From the IMG/VR virus record IMGVR_UViG_3300037847_002883: a stretch of DNA of 64,000 bases; one strand, 5' to 3'. This document shows, piece by piece, positions 20,197-29,624 of the stretch (the stretch's first letter is position 1; each line of letters starts with the position of its first letter). The notes below the pieces were generated by a model, which saw only the letters and a list, made by a program, of their open reading frames with translations, was not told the origin of the DNA and ran no database searches. Made by a program: the position numbers and the translations under genes. The stretch comes from an uncultured virus (IMG/VR IMGVR_UViG_3300037847_002883) (taxonomy: Duplodnaviria; Heunggongvirae; Uroviricota; Caudoviricetes).

Positions 20197-20534
20197 GCTC
20201 TCATCCTCTTAGTTTTTCTTTTACTAGATTCTTTTCTTGATAATGCTACTTTGTGTGCCGCATTTAATCTTTTCTTTGCTTCAGGGTCTTTTGCTCTTCT
20301 TGCTGCAACTCTTGCTCTTTGTTCTACTAAATTGATAATTTGCGATTGTCTTTTGTGTGGCTTTGATTTGAATGATGAACTTGAAAAAGTTTCTCTTACA
20401 TCTTTTGCAGTTTTGAATTTAACAGGAACAGTATCTTTTGGGTTTTCGTCTGTATATAATCTTCTTGCTGAACCTTTAGGTTTCTTTCCCGTTCCTTTCT
20501 TTGGGTCTTTCTTTAGAATATTAATCCAATTCAA
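20193..20534 (-). CDS. Basic hypothetical protein, N-terminal WxxILK
   Basis: MNWINILKK; K/R-rich. Confidence 0.6.
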   Translation of the reverse strand: MNWINILKKDPKKGTGKKPKGSARRLYTDENPKDTVPVKFKTAKDVRETFSSSSFKSKPHKRQSQIINLVEQRARVAARRAKDPEAKKRLNAAHKVALSRKESSKRKTKRMRA

Positions 20535-21070
20535 GGTGAACCCTTCCTTCGTTTATAGGTCTTACAAGCAGCGCAAGTCGGCCTACATCTTCTTTTTGTT
20601 CCTTTAGAAGCATCAGCCCGACCACAGGGTTTTGGGCCTCCTTTATCTCCACAGGTTCCACAAGCAATCCATCCTCCCTGCGTTTTTCCTCCTTTAGATT
20701 CCTTTCCGCCTCTTCTTGAAAACCAACCGTGAAGTCCTTCACTTTTCTCTCTTTTGAAATTATCTCCGCCTTTACGAAACAGTCGGTCAAAGTTTTCAAA
20801 AAGAGCAGTATTTTCTTCATAACACTTTTCTCTTGCTTCAATAACCTTTGTGAAGGCTTTGTCTTCTTCAGGAGTAAATTTTGTTCTTGTCAGTATATGA
20901 TGAAAGTAATTTTCTAATGTTTTACAAGACATTTGTCCAATTCTGCTCAAAGCAAAGGTTGGGGCTTTTCTATACTTTTCCATAAAATCAGAAAGTTCTT
21001 GCCTTAGAACATCACAGCACAATTGATTAGCATCAAAAGTGAGACGCTTAAGAACTTTTTTCCAAGACAT
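20531..21070 (-). CDS. Two-module Cys-rich protein, N-terminal WxxVLK
   Basis: MSWKKVLKR; CC helical module, then basic Cys-rich module. Confidence 0.6.
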   Translation of the reverse strand: MSWKKVLKRLTFDANQLCCDVLRQELSDFMEKYRKAPTFALSRIGQMSCKTLENYFHHILTRTKFTPEEDKAFTKVIEAREKCYEENTALFENFDRLFRKGGDNFKREKSEGLHGWFSRRGGKESKGGKTQGGWIACGTCGDKGGPKPCGRADASKGTKRRCRPTCAACKTYKRRKGSP

Positions 21071-21075
21071 GATAA

Positions 21076-21237
21076 TCACTTCTTTTTGGATTTATTTCCC
21101 CAATTTGCAGCACCGACTTTACGACAACGGACAAGCGCACCTGAAGCGTATGCAGAAGGCCATTTCTTATAACGGCTTCGCACTTTATGATAACAGGCAT
21201 CTTTTTCTTTCTTTAATTCTTCAAACCATAACGACAT
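21076..21237 (-). CDS. Small basic protein (53 aa), N-terminal WxxLK
   Basis: Own translation MSLWFEELKKEKDACYHKVRSRYKKWPSAYASGALVRCRK...; fills gap between neighbours. Confidence 0.65.
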   Translation of the reverse strand: MSLWFEELKKEKDACYHKVRSRYKKWPSAYASGALVRCRKVGAANWGNKSKKK

Positions 21238-21241
21238 AATA

Positions 21242-23314
21242 TCACAACTCTATGTTTCCATACTTTTCAATGTAATGTTTAATATATTTCTGCATTCTTC
21301 CAATTGCATAACTGTAATTTTGCCCAGACTCAAACATCAAGTCAGCCATTTTTAATTCCGAAAATATTTTTTTACCTTCATCATCTAATTTTTCTGGTTT
21401 ATTAGCCAAAAGTTTTTTAGTGGTTGTGATGATGTGTTCTACTTCTTTATCGCCTAATTTTTTCTTTTCTCTTAGGTAGGGTGTTGAACTTTTAATAATA
21501 TCATAATCAAAACCAAAAACTAAACTTTTATATTTGCGCTCTAAATAATCCTGAATAATCTCGTAATTCTGCGACCAAGAGTTTTGTTCTATATCAATAG
21601 GAAGTCCTTGACTTTGTAGGCTTTCTAAAGATACTGTAAAATCTTCTTTCATAGTCTCTTTTTCATCATCAAGACGAATGTTTCGGATTTCAATTTTTTC
21701 GGATTTAACAATAGTTCCATCGGCTCTAACCTCATAATAAGAAAAACCACTATGAAGCCAACCAGATTCTGTGCTAATCCAAGAAGATAACTCATCTTCA
21801 ATTTCTTCTCTATCATCGTTTTCATCAATTTCTAATTCTTTAGCAGTTATAGCGCCTACTTGAAACAATAACTCAGAGGGGTCATCACTTGCCTCTTCTT
21901 CTAATTTAGTGTCCCAATCAACACTAGTAATAATAAAAGTTCTCTCTTGTTGTTTAACAATTGTTCCGATGTTCTCTAAAGAGTCCATAACCGACATTTT
22001 ACAATTGTCTTTATATTTTTGAATATCATCTAAATAGATGCCTTCTTTCAACCAATCAAAACCTACATGGTCTTTATGGTTTTCCCATTTCATTAACTTA
22101 AAAATTTCATCACAGCGGTCTTTATACCAATCAGCCTTCTTATATGACTTTTTCATCCGAATTAACTCAAGCAACAATTCAGCGTTGCCTTTCTTAAGAC
22201 GAAAGTGAGGAAGACAGTTCTTTAACAGTTTAGAAACATCATCCTGAGAATAAAAGTTTAATCTATTGATTAAACGAGTCGCTTGTGGAGATTTCTGGTC
22301 TAGATGCATTCTACCGAAACCAAGAGACTTATGCATTTCTTGCATAAAAGCCTTACCTCTTTCTCCTGTTGCGACTAATCCTACTCTTGGATTCATGTTG
22401 CGGTCAAGAGTAATATAACCATCCGAGTCAATAAATGCAGCAGTATAAGCCCAAATGTTTTTCTTAATCATAGATGGAACTTTATAGTAAGAACCCTTAA
22501 CTGAAGTAATATCTAATTTTTTGATTGCCTTTGAGATTGAATTGGCACTTGATGACTTGTGTAAATCAGTAGGCATTCTTTCATGTATAGCAGAAGCATT
22601 AATTCCTGGATTTTCACAAACCATCTTAATAATAAAGTCTTGCTTTCGTTCTGTTTTTGATTTTGTAAGCGATTGGTCAGTAATTTTAGCAATAGCATTT
22701 CTAAAATCCTTTTTAGCAGAAGACATGGTTTTATGAAGTTCACTATACTTTTGATTATAAGGCATACCATTCTGCTCTAATTCTGCTTCCCAATATTTAC
22801 AAAGGGCATCAATTGTCTCTCTTCTTAATTCAGCACTCTTCATCTTGTGAAGTTTAGATAAATCCTTTTCATTGTATCTCATTTTCCTTAGAGGAATCTC
22901 ATAATCATTTAGCCAAGTAATAGAAGAAATACACTTATTCAAATGGTCTGTATAAGCATCAATCATTGTATCAATTGCTTTAGACATTCGTGTTCGGTGT
23001 TCCCCCTTTAATGCACGACGAGCCTTTCTCATCTTTCTAACTAAGTCTGGAATAGTGTGTTCTTGAACAATATATTCGTTTGGAAAAGACGCTAATTTTT
23101 TCCTTGCATCACTAGCATTAATGTTAAAAGCAGAAGATAATTTAGTAATTTCTTCATGCTCAGACATTACATAAGAATTGCTGAAGATACTCTTTAATTC
23201 AGTATCTAATTGCTCCTCTATGGTATCTTTAACTTGTTCTTCTTCTTCATCTAAATCGGCTAAACGGTTCATTTGTTCAGCCGCTTGACGGTATTTATCT
23301 GCCTGTTCTGTCAT
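21242..23314 (-). CDS. Multidomain protein with wHTH and LAGLIDADG endonuclease-like domain
   Basis: IWAYTAAFIDSDGYITL motif followed by typical beta strands and LPHFRLKK. Confidence 0.7.
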   Translation of the reverse strand: MTEQADKYRQAAEQMNRLADLDEEEEQVKDTIEEQLDTELKSIFSNSYVMSEHEEITKLSSAFNINASDARKKLASFPNEYIVQEHTIPDLVRKMRKARRALKGEHRTRMSKAIDTMIDAYTDHLNKCISSITWLNDYEIPLRKMRYNEKDLSKLHKMKSAELRRETIDALCKYWEAELEQNGMPYNQKYSELHKTMSSAKKDFRNAIAKITDQSLTKSKTERKQDFIIKMVCENPGINASAIHERMPTDLHKSSSANSISKAIKKLDITSVKGSYYKVPSMIKKNIWAYTAAFIDSDGYITLDRNMNPRVGLVATGERGKAFMQEMHKSLGFGRMHLDQKSPQATRLINRLNFYSQDDVSKLLKNCLPHFRLKKGNAELLLELIRMKKSYKKADWYKDRCDEIFKLMKWENHKDHVGFDWLKEGIYLDDIQKYKDNCKMSVMDSLENIGTIVKQQERTFIITSVDWDTKLEEEASDDPSELLFQVGAITAKELEIDENDDREEIEDELSSWISTESGWLHSGFSYYEVRADGTIVKSEKIEIRNIRLDDEKETMKEDFTVSLESLQSQGLPIDIEQNSWSQNYEIIQDYLERKYKSLVFGFDYDIIKSSTPYLREKKKLGDKEVEHIITTTKKLLANKPEKLDDEGKKIFSELKMADLMFESGQNYSYAIGRMQKYIKHYIEKYGNIEL

Positions 23315-23323
23315 ATAAACACC

Positions 23324-24754
23324 TCAAAAGTTCAAGCCTATGGTGGACGAATAGCCCTGTTGTGGTCGTGCTGGCTCATCACCAAACAACCCCAAATCAT
23401 CAAGCAGTATGAAGTTATCCGTGGCTTGGTAAGTGGCCGCATTCGCTAAGGCAAGGCTCATCACCATATCGTCATGCGCCCCGATTCCCTCAAATTTTCC
23501 TCGTTCAGTAATCGCAAACATTGACATTTCTTCAATCAATAATGAAGAAACCTTTCTGCTCTCTTCGTTGCCGTATGGGAAGTTAATCTTTCCATTTTCA
23601 AGAGTCATTTGTAAATTGAGAATAATCTCCTGTTTCTTTCTACGGGTTGTATCAAAGTCATGAACATTTACATCAGCGACTTGACGAAGTTCTTGAGTAA
23701 ATGATTTAGCGAATGTGTTTGTTTCAAACAAGATAACCTCTGGTCTAAATACTTGATTTAGCAATTTCACTTTTTGGATATTCTCACGGAACTGAACATT
23801 CTTTGCTCGGTCAATATACACAATGGATTTATTTTCGTTCTCATCCATCTCAAGAACAGTAATCACATTGTAGTCTCCATCAGTAGAAATAGCAGGGTCT
23901 ACGCCTATGAAGTATTTATATCCTTCACGCTTCAATGGCTTCAACACTAAATCTTTATTCTTAGCATTGTCTAAATGTTCGGGATTAAAGAGAGAAGTTC
24001 CCGTTGAAATAGGCACACACATATATTCCCGTGTGAACATTAATGAACCGACTTCTGCCTTACGAGCCATCAACGCCTCATAGTTCCAACGGTCAGGCCA
24101 CAACGGTTCGTTTAGTGCGTTTAAACAAGGGTATGTTCTAACAGTATATGCAGCGTTTTCTGCTAATTGTTGATAAATATCTGTATAACTGAACGGTGTT
24201 CCAATAACACGCAAAGATGCGGTATGGTGAAGTGTTGGAATCATATCGCCGTAAAACCAATCAGTCACTTTTTGAATACCTGTCATACTAAATTCTTTCA
24301 AAGGGTCGTCAATAATAATCTCTTGAGGGTGAAGTCCACGAATCTGTGAACCAACCGACCTTTCAAGAATTTGGTTTCCATTGGTCAATGTAATGTTTCC
24401 AATAGCCCAACCTCTTGCGGGTTTAAATTTCTTGAGCATTGGATGGGTGAACATCTTATCTATGTCTCTCATGTGAACGAGAGTCTGCTTTTGGTTAGAA
24501 GAAATGTAAAGCATTTGATATGGCGGTTCTTCAAAGATTAACTTCCATACCACCCAACTATGCATAAATACAGATTTTCCGTGGTCACGGGAACAAATAA
24601 TAACTGTTCTTTGGGTAGTGTTCATTAATTCGTGCCATTCTTGAATGTAGGAAGGAAAATCAAAACCTAATACATTTTGAAAGAAATATGGGAATGAATT
24701 GCGGGACAATTGCATATCCATTTCATGTTCAAAATTGAAGGCTTCTAGTTCCAT
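23324..24754 (-). CDS. terL: Terminase large subunit
   Basis: Walker A SRDHGKS, Walker B IIIDD, GTP coupling motif, nuclease GVDPA...HDDMVMS. Confidence 0.92.
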   Translation of the reverse strand: MELEAFNFEHEMDMQLSRNSFPYFFQNVLGFDFPSYIQEWHELMNTTQRTVIICSRDHGKSVFMHSWVVWKLIFEEPPYQMLYISSNQKQTLVHMRDIDKMFTHPMLKKFKPARGWAIGNITLTNGNQILERSVGSQIRGLHPQEIIIDDPLKEFSMTGIQKVTDWFYGDMIPTLHHTASLRVIGTPFSYTDIYQQLAENAAYTVRTYPCLNALNEPLWPDRWNYEALMARKAEVGSLMFTREYMCVPISTGTSLFNPEHLDNAKNKDLVLKPLKREGYKYFIGVDPAISTDGDYNVITVLEMDENENKSIVYIDRAKNVQFRENIQKVKLLNQVFRPEVILFETNTFAKSFTQELRQVADVNVHDFDTTRRKKQEIILNLQMTLENGKINFPYGNEESRKVSSLLIEEMSMFAITERGKFEGIGAHDDMVMSLALANAATYQATDNFILLDDLGLFGDEPARPQQGYSSTIGLNF

Positions 24755-24764
24755 ATACAATCCC

Positions 24765-26648
24765 TCAATCTAATTCGCCTTTAAAGTATGGTTCCATCAA
24801 TTCCATAAGTTTTTTAACTTCTTCCTCTGGATGTTCTCTAGTAATTTTATTTTCATATATGGCTTTTTGGTGGCCTTTATTCATAGATAAATTAATTTGA
24901 AATCGGTCTAATTGTATTTGTGCTTCTTCTAAGTTAAAAGGCTCAGTCTGACTCAATAAATCATCTGTTGAATCTTCTAATATCTCTTCTTTAGGTTCAT
25001 GGCCAGGTTTAATTCCATCATAGAATAAATTCAAAAGAGGTTCTTTGTCTGGGCCAATAACATTATCAACGGGATATTTATCACCATCATCAATGTGATG
25101 AAGAACAACAACTTTTCCTATCTGTTCAATTCTATTTTTGCTCTTTCTGTATTTTAAATCCCCAACATAAAGTTGTCTATATCCCCTATTAACTCTTGCT
25201 TTTAATTGTTTTATTTTAGAATTGCTACCTTCTAAAACATCAAAGATTACTAAATCGTGCCTGCTGGGAATATCGTTGGTATAACACCAATAACTCATAT
25301 TACTAGGAGGCAAAGAAAGAAGTCTATCCTCTAACACCCTATCAATAAAAGGATGATTTATGTTTCTTTGAGGCTTGCCGCTTCTGTCATAATCAGCCCT
25401 TTTTCCTTCATAGGTTTTAATATAATTAGGAGTCATTATGATAGCAACATTTTTATTTTTATCTATACGAGTTAATGTCCCTCCTTCTCCATTTTGATTT
25501 ACCCATCCTTTTTGTTTTTCATAAGAAAAGTCTGCTTTAAATTTAAGAATATCTTTCCAAGACTTCTCAAAAGTCGGGAAAATATTCTTCGGTTCTTTTG
25601 GTAGTCTTCTTCCTCTCTTCAAACCACGCACCCCATATTTTCCATGAATGTCAAGAAATTTTCTTCCCTTTGGAATACCTTGTCCTCTTTTGACTTTGCC
25701 GACCATTTCTTTGCTAACGCCTGTAAAAATAATAGCAGTTTCAAATCCTTCCAAATTAAGTTTCTTATCTGCGTTTGGTGTGTAAGGCTCTCCTTGTTTG
25801 ATAACATCAATCATAACATATGTATTGTCTTGCTTCACATTCGTCCCAAAGAACCAGTATTTTCCTTTCTTTAGATTCATCTCAGTTAATTTTTCCAACC
25901 AACCTTGCATTAAAGAAGTTCCCGCATTCGGTATTCTATCGCTGACCTGCCTTAAATATTGCTGAGAGACAAATGCTTTATATTCTGCTTTACCCTTTGA
26001 CTTGATGTTTTTGTCTTTAAATCTGTCTCTTGTGCCTAAGTCGGGAGCAGGTTCTCCCAACTCAAAATCATCCCAAGTGTTGTCGGGTAAGTATTTGAGA
26101 AGATTAAACCATGATGGAGTAGGGTCGTCAAGATACACGCACTTCGCAAACTCACCCTTTCCACGAATATTACGAATAGCCCAATTACCATTAGGGTATG
26201 CACTATTCCATTCATTTACTACCGATTCAGGAAGCAATTGTTTCATTTGCTCCCAGTTCTCACTATCGGGAAAAGCCCATCCGTTCTTTTTTGCAGTAGC
26301 AATCCAACGAGCATTATCTCCATCTCTGTGTCCAAAAGCAGCGACTAAGGGTTTAGATTGGTTTAATTGTGGCTCTCTTGCATCCTGTAATGCACGATTA
26401 TTTCCACCAATCTGCCTTCCTTCTGCGGTAGCATACATTCCGCCAACCGTAGTATGAGAAGGGTGTTCTTTCCAGCCAACAGTAGAAATAGTCTTATCTT
26501 CATCATTTACACGAATAAGCCAATTATCTAAAGCATAAAGACCAGTTTCTAAATCCTTTCTGCGAGTATAAGGGTCGTCAGGATTATCCTGAGCAAACCT
26601 TCTTTTCATATCTTCATATGAAAAAATCGCAGGGAGAACTTTAGGCAT
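24765..26648 (-). CDS. Multidomain protein with two internal WxxLLK/WxxILK motifs; N-terminus possibly GNAT-like
   Basis: 627 aa; internal SWFNLLKY and SWKDILKF. Confidence 0.55.
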   Translation of the reverse strand: MPKVLPAIFSYEDMKRRFAQDNPDDPYTRRKDLETGLYALDNWLIRVNDEDKTISTVGWKEHPSHTTVGGMYATAEGRQIGGNNRALQDAREPQLNQSKPLVAAFGHRDGDNARWIATAKKNGWAFPDSENWEQMKQLLPESVVNEWNSAYPNGNWAIRNIRGKGEFAKCVYLDDPTPSWFNLLKYLPDNTWDDFELGEPAPDLGTRDRFKDKNIKSKGKAEYKAFVSQQYLRQVSDRIPNAGTSLMQGWLEKLTEMNLKKGKYWFFGTNVKQDNTYVMIDVIKQGEPYTPNADKKLNLEGFETAIIFTGVSKEMVGKVKRGQGIPKGRKFLDIHGKYGVRGLKRGRRLPKEPKNIFPTFEKSWKDILKFKADFSYEKQKGWVNQNGEGGTLTRIDKNKNVAIIMTPNYIKTYEGKRADYDRSGKPQRNINHPFIDRVLEDRLLSLPPSNMSYWCYTNDIPSRHDLVIFDVLEGSNSKIKQLKARVNRGYRQLYVGDLKYRKSKNRIEQIGKVVVLHHIDDGDKYPVDNVIGPDKEPLLNLFYDGIKPGHEPKEEILEDSTDDLLSQTEPFNLEEAQIQLDRFQINLSMNKGHQKAIYENKITREHPEEEVKKLMELMEPYFKGELD

Positions 26649-26649
26649 A

Positions 26650-27111
26650 TTATTTCACCTTAGACAATCCCTTTATTCTCATATGAAATTTAACATATTC
26701 TTCAGGAGGCACGATGTTTTGGTCTGCTGCTTCTTGCAGTATTTGTTTAATTTTTTTGCCTCTTGCTGTGTTATAAACATCTGGATGATTTACAAAATTA
26801 ACTAATCTTAAATGTATGGGGTCAGCAATATTTTCTAAAGCATAAGCAATATATTCTTTTTGACTTTTAAATCTTCTGCCAAACTCATCATCTGTTTTAT
26901 CATGTGCTGCGTGGGCTGCTTCGTGATTTATAACTCTAACCAAGTAATCAATTATTTCTTCGTCTGTTGTCTGGTTTTTAGATTTAAGATATTCATAAAT
27001 ATTTTTCTCATCTATTTCTATTCCTTTATTTTGATTGTAATAAGCGCCTTCTGTTCCTTTAGGTAATTTAGCAAAATCAATATTAACTTTGAGCAAGTTA
27101 AACCATGACAT
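26650..27111 (-). CDS. Putative zincin metallopeptidase (HExxH), N-terminal WxxLLK
   Basis: VINHEAAHAAH...KEYIAY. Confidence 0.6.
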   Translation of the reverse strand: MSWFNLLKVNIDFAKLPKGTEGAYYNQNKGIEIDEKNIYEYLKSKNQTTDEEIIDYLVRVINHEAAHAAHDKTDDEFGRRFKSQKEYIAYALENIADPIHLRLVNFVNHPDVYNTARGKKIKQILQEAADQNIVPPEEYVKFHMRIKGLSKVK

Positions 27112-27116
27112 AAGCA

Positions 27117-29624
27117 TCACCTAAAGGATGCCTTAATCATATATACTTGTTCACTACTAATACCATATTCTCTTGAAATATTTTCGTGAGAATCAACAGC
27201 CTTAATTATTTGTTCAACTTCAAAAGAAGTCAAATCAATATTATTATCAATCTGCATCTTCGTAATCATTTTGTTAATACCATAATCATTCATAGGAATC
27301 TGCCCATAAATGACTGGCTTTCCTAACTGTTCTCTAACAGCGTCGTGAGCCTTCAATAACTTATGGAGAAGAACAGGCAAATCCACTTGAGCAGATTCAA
27401 AGATAGCCTTTAATCTATTATATGCCGCCTTAGAAGCAGGAGACTTTTTGGTAAGAATACCTTGATTCATATCTAACCAATGGGGCAAAGCAAAAACAGC
27501 GAATGGCTTTCTAGCGTAAAAGTCCTCAAAGAATTGCTCACTTCTTTCAGCAATAGTCTTACCTGCAAATTTATTATTTGCTCTCTTCATATCGCCTGTT
27601 TCTTTCATATAATGATAAAGTAATGCTGCGGCATAATTATCATTTCTTTCTTCAGTAGAGTTCCCAAAAATATTAGTCAATCCATCAGCAAATTCTTCTG
27701 CATCGGTAATCAAATCAACATCAATCTTAACTTCTGGCATAAAAATGCTATCTAAGAAATCAGCGACCTTATTCATATCTCCAACATCAATTTCTTCTCT
27801 TGAACCAGCGAATAAAGTATCATAAGCACCCGACATAACAGTATCTAATCCTAAATCAAGGCTCAATGTTTGTAGCACCTTTGAACCAATACCTGATGCA
27901 AACGAAGGCATTTCAATAGGTAGCATCCCGCTATAAATTGGGTCAAAGTAATACTTGATTGCTGAATCCATCATCTTTTGAAGTTCTTCCTTAAATCCTT
28001 GAAGTTCTCCTCTCATCGTTCCCTTTTGGTTCAATGATAGAGGAACAGCCCCTCCTTGAATTTGTCCGACTGTTGAACCTTGGCCTTGATAATAGTCAAA
28101 TTGACTTCCTCTCCCTCTTCCTTTAGAACTTCTTGCATCAACTTCTGCAATAAAATCTTCATCTGATAAAATATCATATAAGTCATTAAAGAAATCCTTA
28201 ATTGCAGGAATATTCTCTGAACTAATCATATCCCCTTCATCAGCAGAAGGAAACTTATCTTTACTGCCATACATTTGAGCAAATTTAGTGTTATCTAAAA
28301 CAGAAACAGGTAAAGCCAGAACAAAATCCTTCCCTTCATCAAGAATTTGAGTATCAACGGTTTGCTCTAACCATTCTTCAATATCAACCTGTGTTTCTAA
28401 CGAAACGCCTTCACCTTCATCCAAATATTCAATCATATCTTCAAGCATTTCTTTAATTTCCGATTCCATTCTTGAATTAATTGTGATTAATTTTTCTCCT
28501 CTATTATATTCATAAACTAAAAGAGGGTCTGCTTCAAAAATAAGTTGTTCGTATTCATCTGCCCAAGTTGTTTTCTGCTGTAATTCTTCTTCCCATTCGG
28601 AAACATCAAGGTCAATTGCTCCGCCTTCGGTGCTACTTCCTGATGCTAAGGAAGATTCAAGGTATCTCAACATTTGAGCATTTACATCTCCTTCCCTCGC
28701 TGCTATCTCTTCTTTAGTATCAGCATATCCTTTTTGAGAAGTGTCTTTATCCATCATTCTGTCAATAGCCAATTTGTGAACAACGATATTAAAAAATCTA
28801 TGATAGCCAGATTCAAATGGGCGAGTAATATTTTCAAATACAGCAATATATTCTAAGTTCATTCTGCCATCAAGAATCTGTTTATACAATTTGTCAAATT
28901 TCTTTTGGATTGCTTCGGGAAAGTCAACATTTTCAACCTCAATAAAGAAATTAGCCATGTCTTCTTCAAATTGTGTATAAAGTTTCCCAATTTCTGCCCA
29001 GTAGGTATATACCTTTTTACGAACAGATTTCTTAGAAACATCAACAGCACCTAAGAAATCATTCATGTTGATTTTAAATTCTTTGTATTCTGCAACATCT
29101 AATTTGTTTTCAAGTGCTTCTTGAATTAGTTCTAAATTATGCCTAAAGTTTTCGGGCAACTTAGCGGCTTCGTTTCCTAATACATTGTTTATTTGATTTA
29201 ATATATCTTTTCTGGGATTTCTAATATCAATTCTTCCCTTAATTTTATCGCTGGTTAATTGAACAGAAGTGACTCTTGCACCTTGATTATACAGATTTAA
29301 TCGCAAAAATGGCTTAACTACCTCTTCCATACTGGTTGCGGCAACCTGTGTTTTCTTAGCCTTCTTGCCTTTTATTTGTTCATTAATGTATTTTCTTGCG
29401 CCTTTGACTTTTCCAGGAATTTTGTCAAAAGCCGCCCTTCTTTCGTCTTCTCTCTCAATTAAACGAGCCTTATCTTTCAGAGCATTAGTAAATCGTGTAG
29501 TGATACTGGCAATTTCCGACCTTCTTTCAGCACCATCAGCAAGAGCCAAGCCCTCAACCCTTTCAGGAGATAAGCCTAGCATTTCTTTTTCTTCAGCAGT
29601 TAAGACTCTAATTTCTTCTGTCAT
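27117..29624 (-). CDS. Large acidic hypothetical protein (835 aa)
   Basis: Long ORF in late block. Confidence 0.6.
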   Translation of the reverse strand: MTEEIRVLTAEEKEMLGLSPERVEGLALADGAERRSEIASITTRFTNALKDKARLIEREDERRAAFDKIPGKVKGARKYINEQIKGKKAKKTQVAATSMEEVVKPFLRLNLYNQGARVTSVQLTSDKIKGRIDIRNPRKDILNQINNVLGNEAAKLPENFRHNLELIQEALENKLDVAEYKEFKINMNDFLGAVDVSKKSVRKKVYTYWAEIGKLYTQFEEDMANFFIEVENVDFPEAIQKKFDKLYKQILDGRMNLEYIAVFENITRPFESGYHRFFNIVVHKLAIDRMMDKDTSQKGYADTKEEIAAREGDVNAQMLRYLESSLASGSSTEGGAIDLDVSEWEEELQQKTTWADEYEQLIFEADPLLVYEYNRGEKLITINSRMESEIKEMLEDMIEYLDEGEGVSLETQVDIEEWLEQTVDTQILDEGKDFVLALPVSVLDNTKFAQMYGSKDKFPSADEGDMISSENIPAIKDFFNDLYDILSDEDFIAEVDARSSKGRGRGSQFDYYQGQGSTVGQIQGGAVPLSLNQKGTMRGELQGFKEELQKMMDSAIKYYFDPIYSGMLPIEMPSFASGIGSKVLQTLSLDLGLDTVMSGAYDTLFAGSREEIDVGDMNKVADFLDSIFMPEVKIDVDLITDAEEFADGLTNIFGNSTEERNDNYAAALLYHYMKETGDMKRANNKFAGKTIAERSEQFFEDFYARKPFAVFALPHWLDMNQGILTKKSPASKAAYNRLKAIFESAQVDLPVLLHKLLKAHDAVREQLGKPVIYGQIPMNDYGINKMITKMQIDNNIDLTSFEVEQIIKAVDSHENISREYGISSEQVYMIKASFR

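Noticed and set aside
21242..24754. Intein in TerL or in the LAGLIDADG protein
   Set aside because: TerL is normal length and uninterrupted; no C/S...HN-C/S/T splice junctions seen around the LAGLIDADG domain
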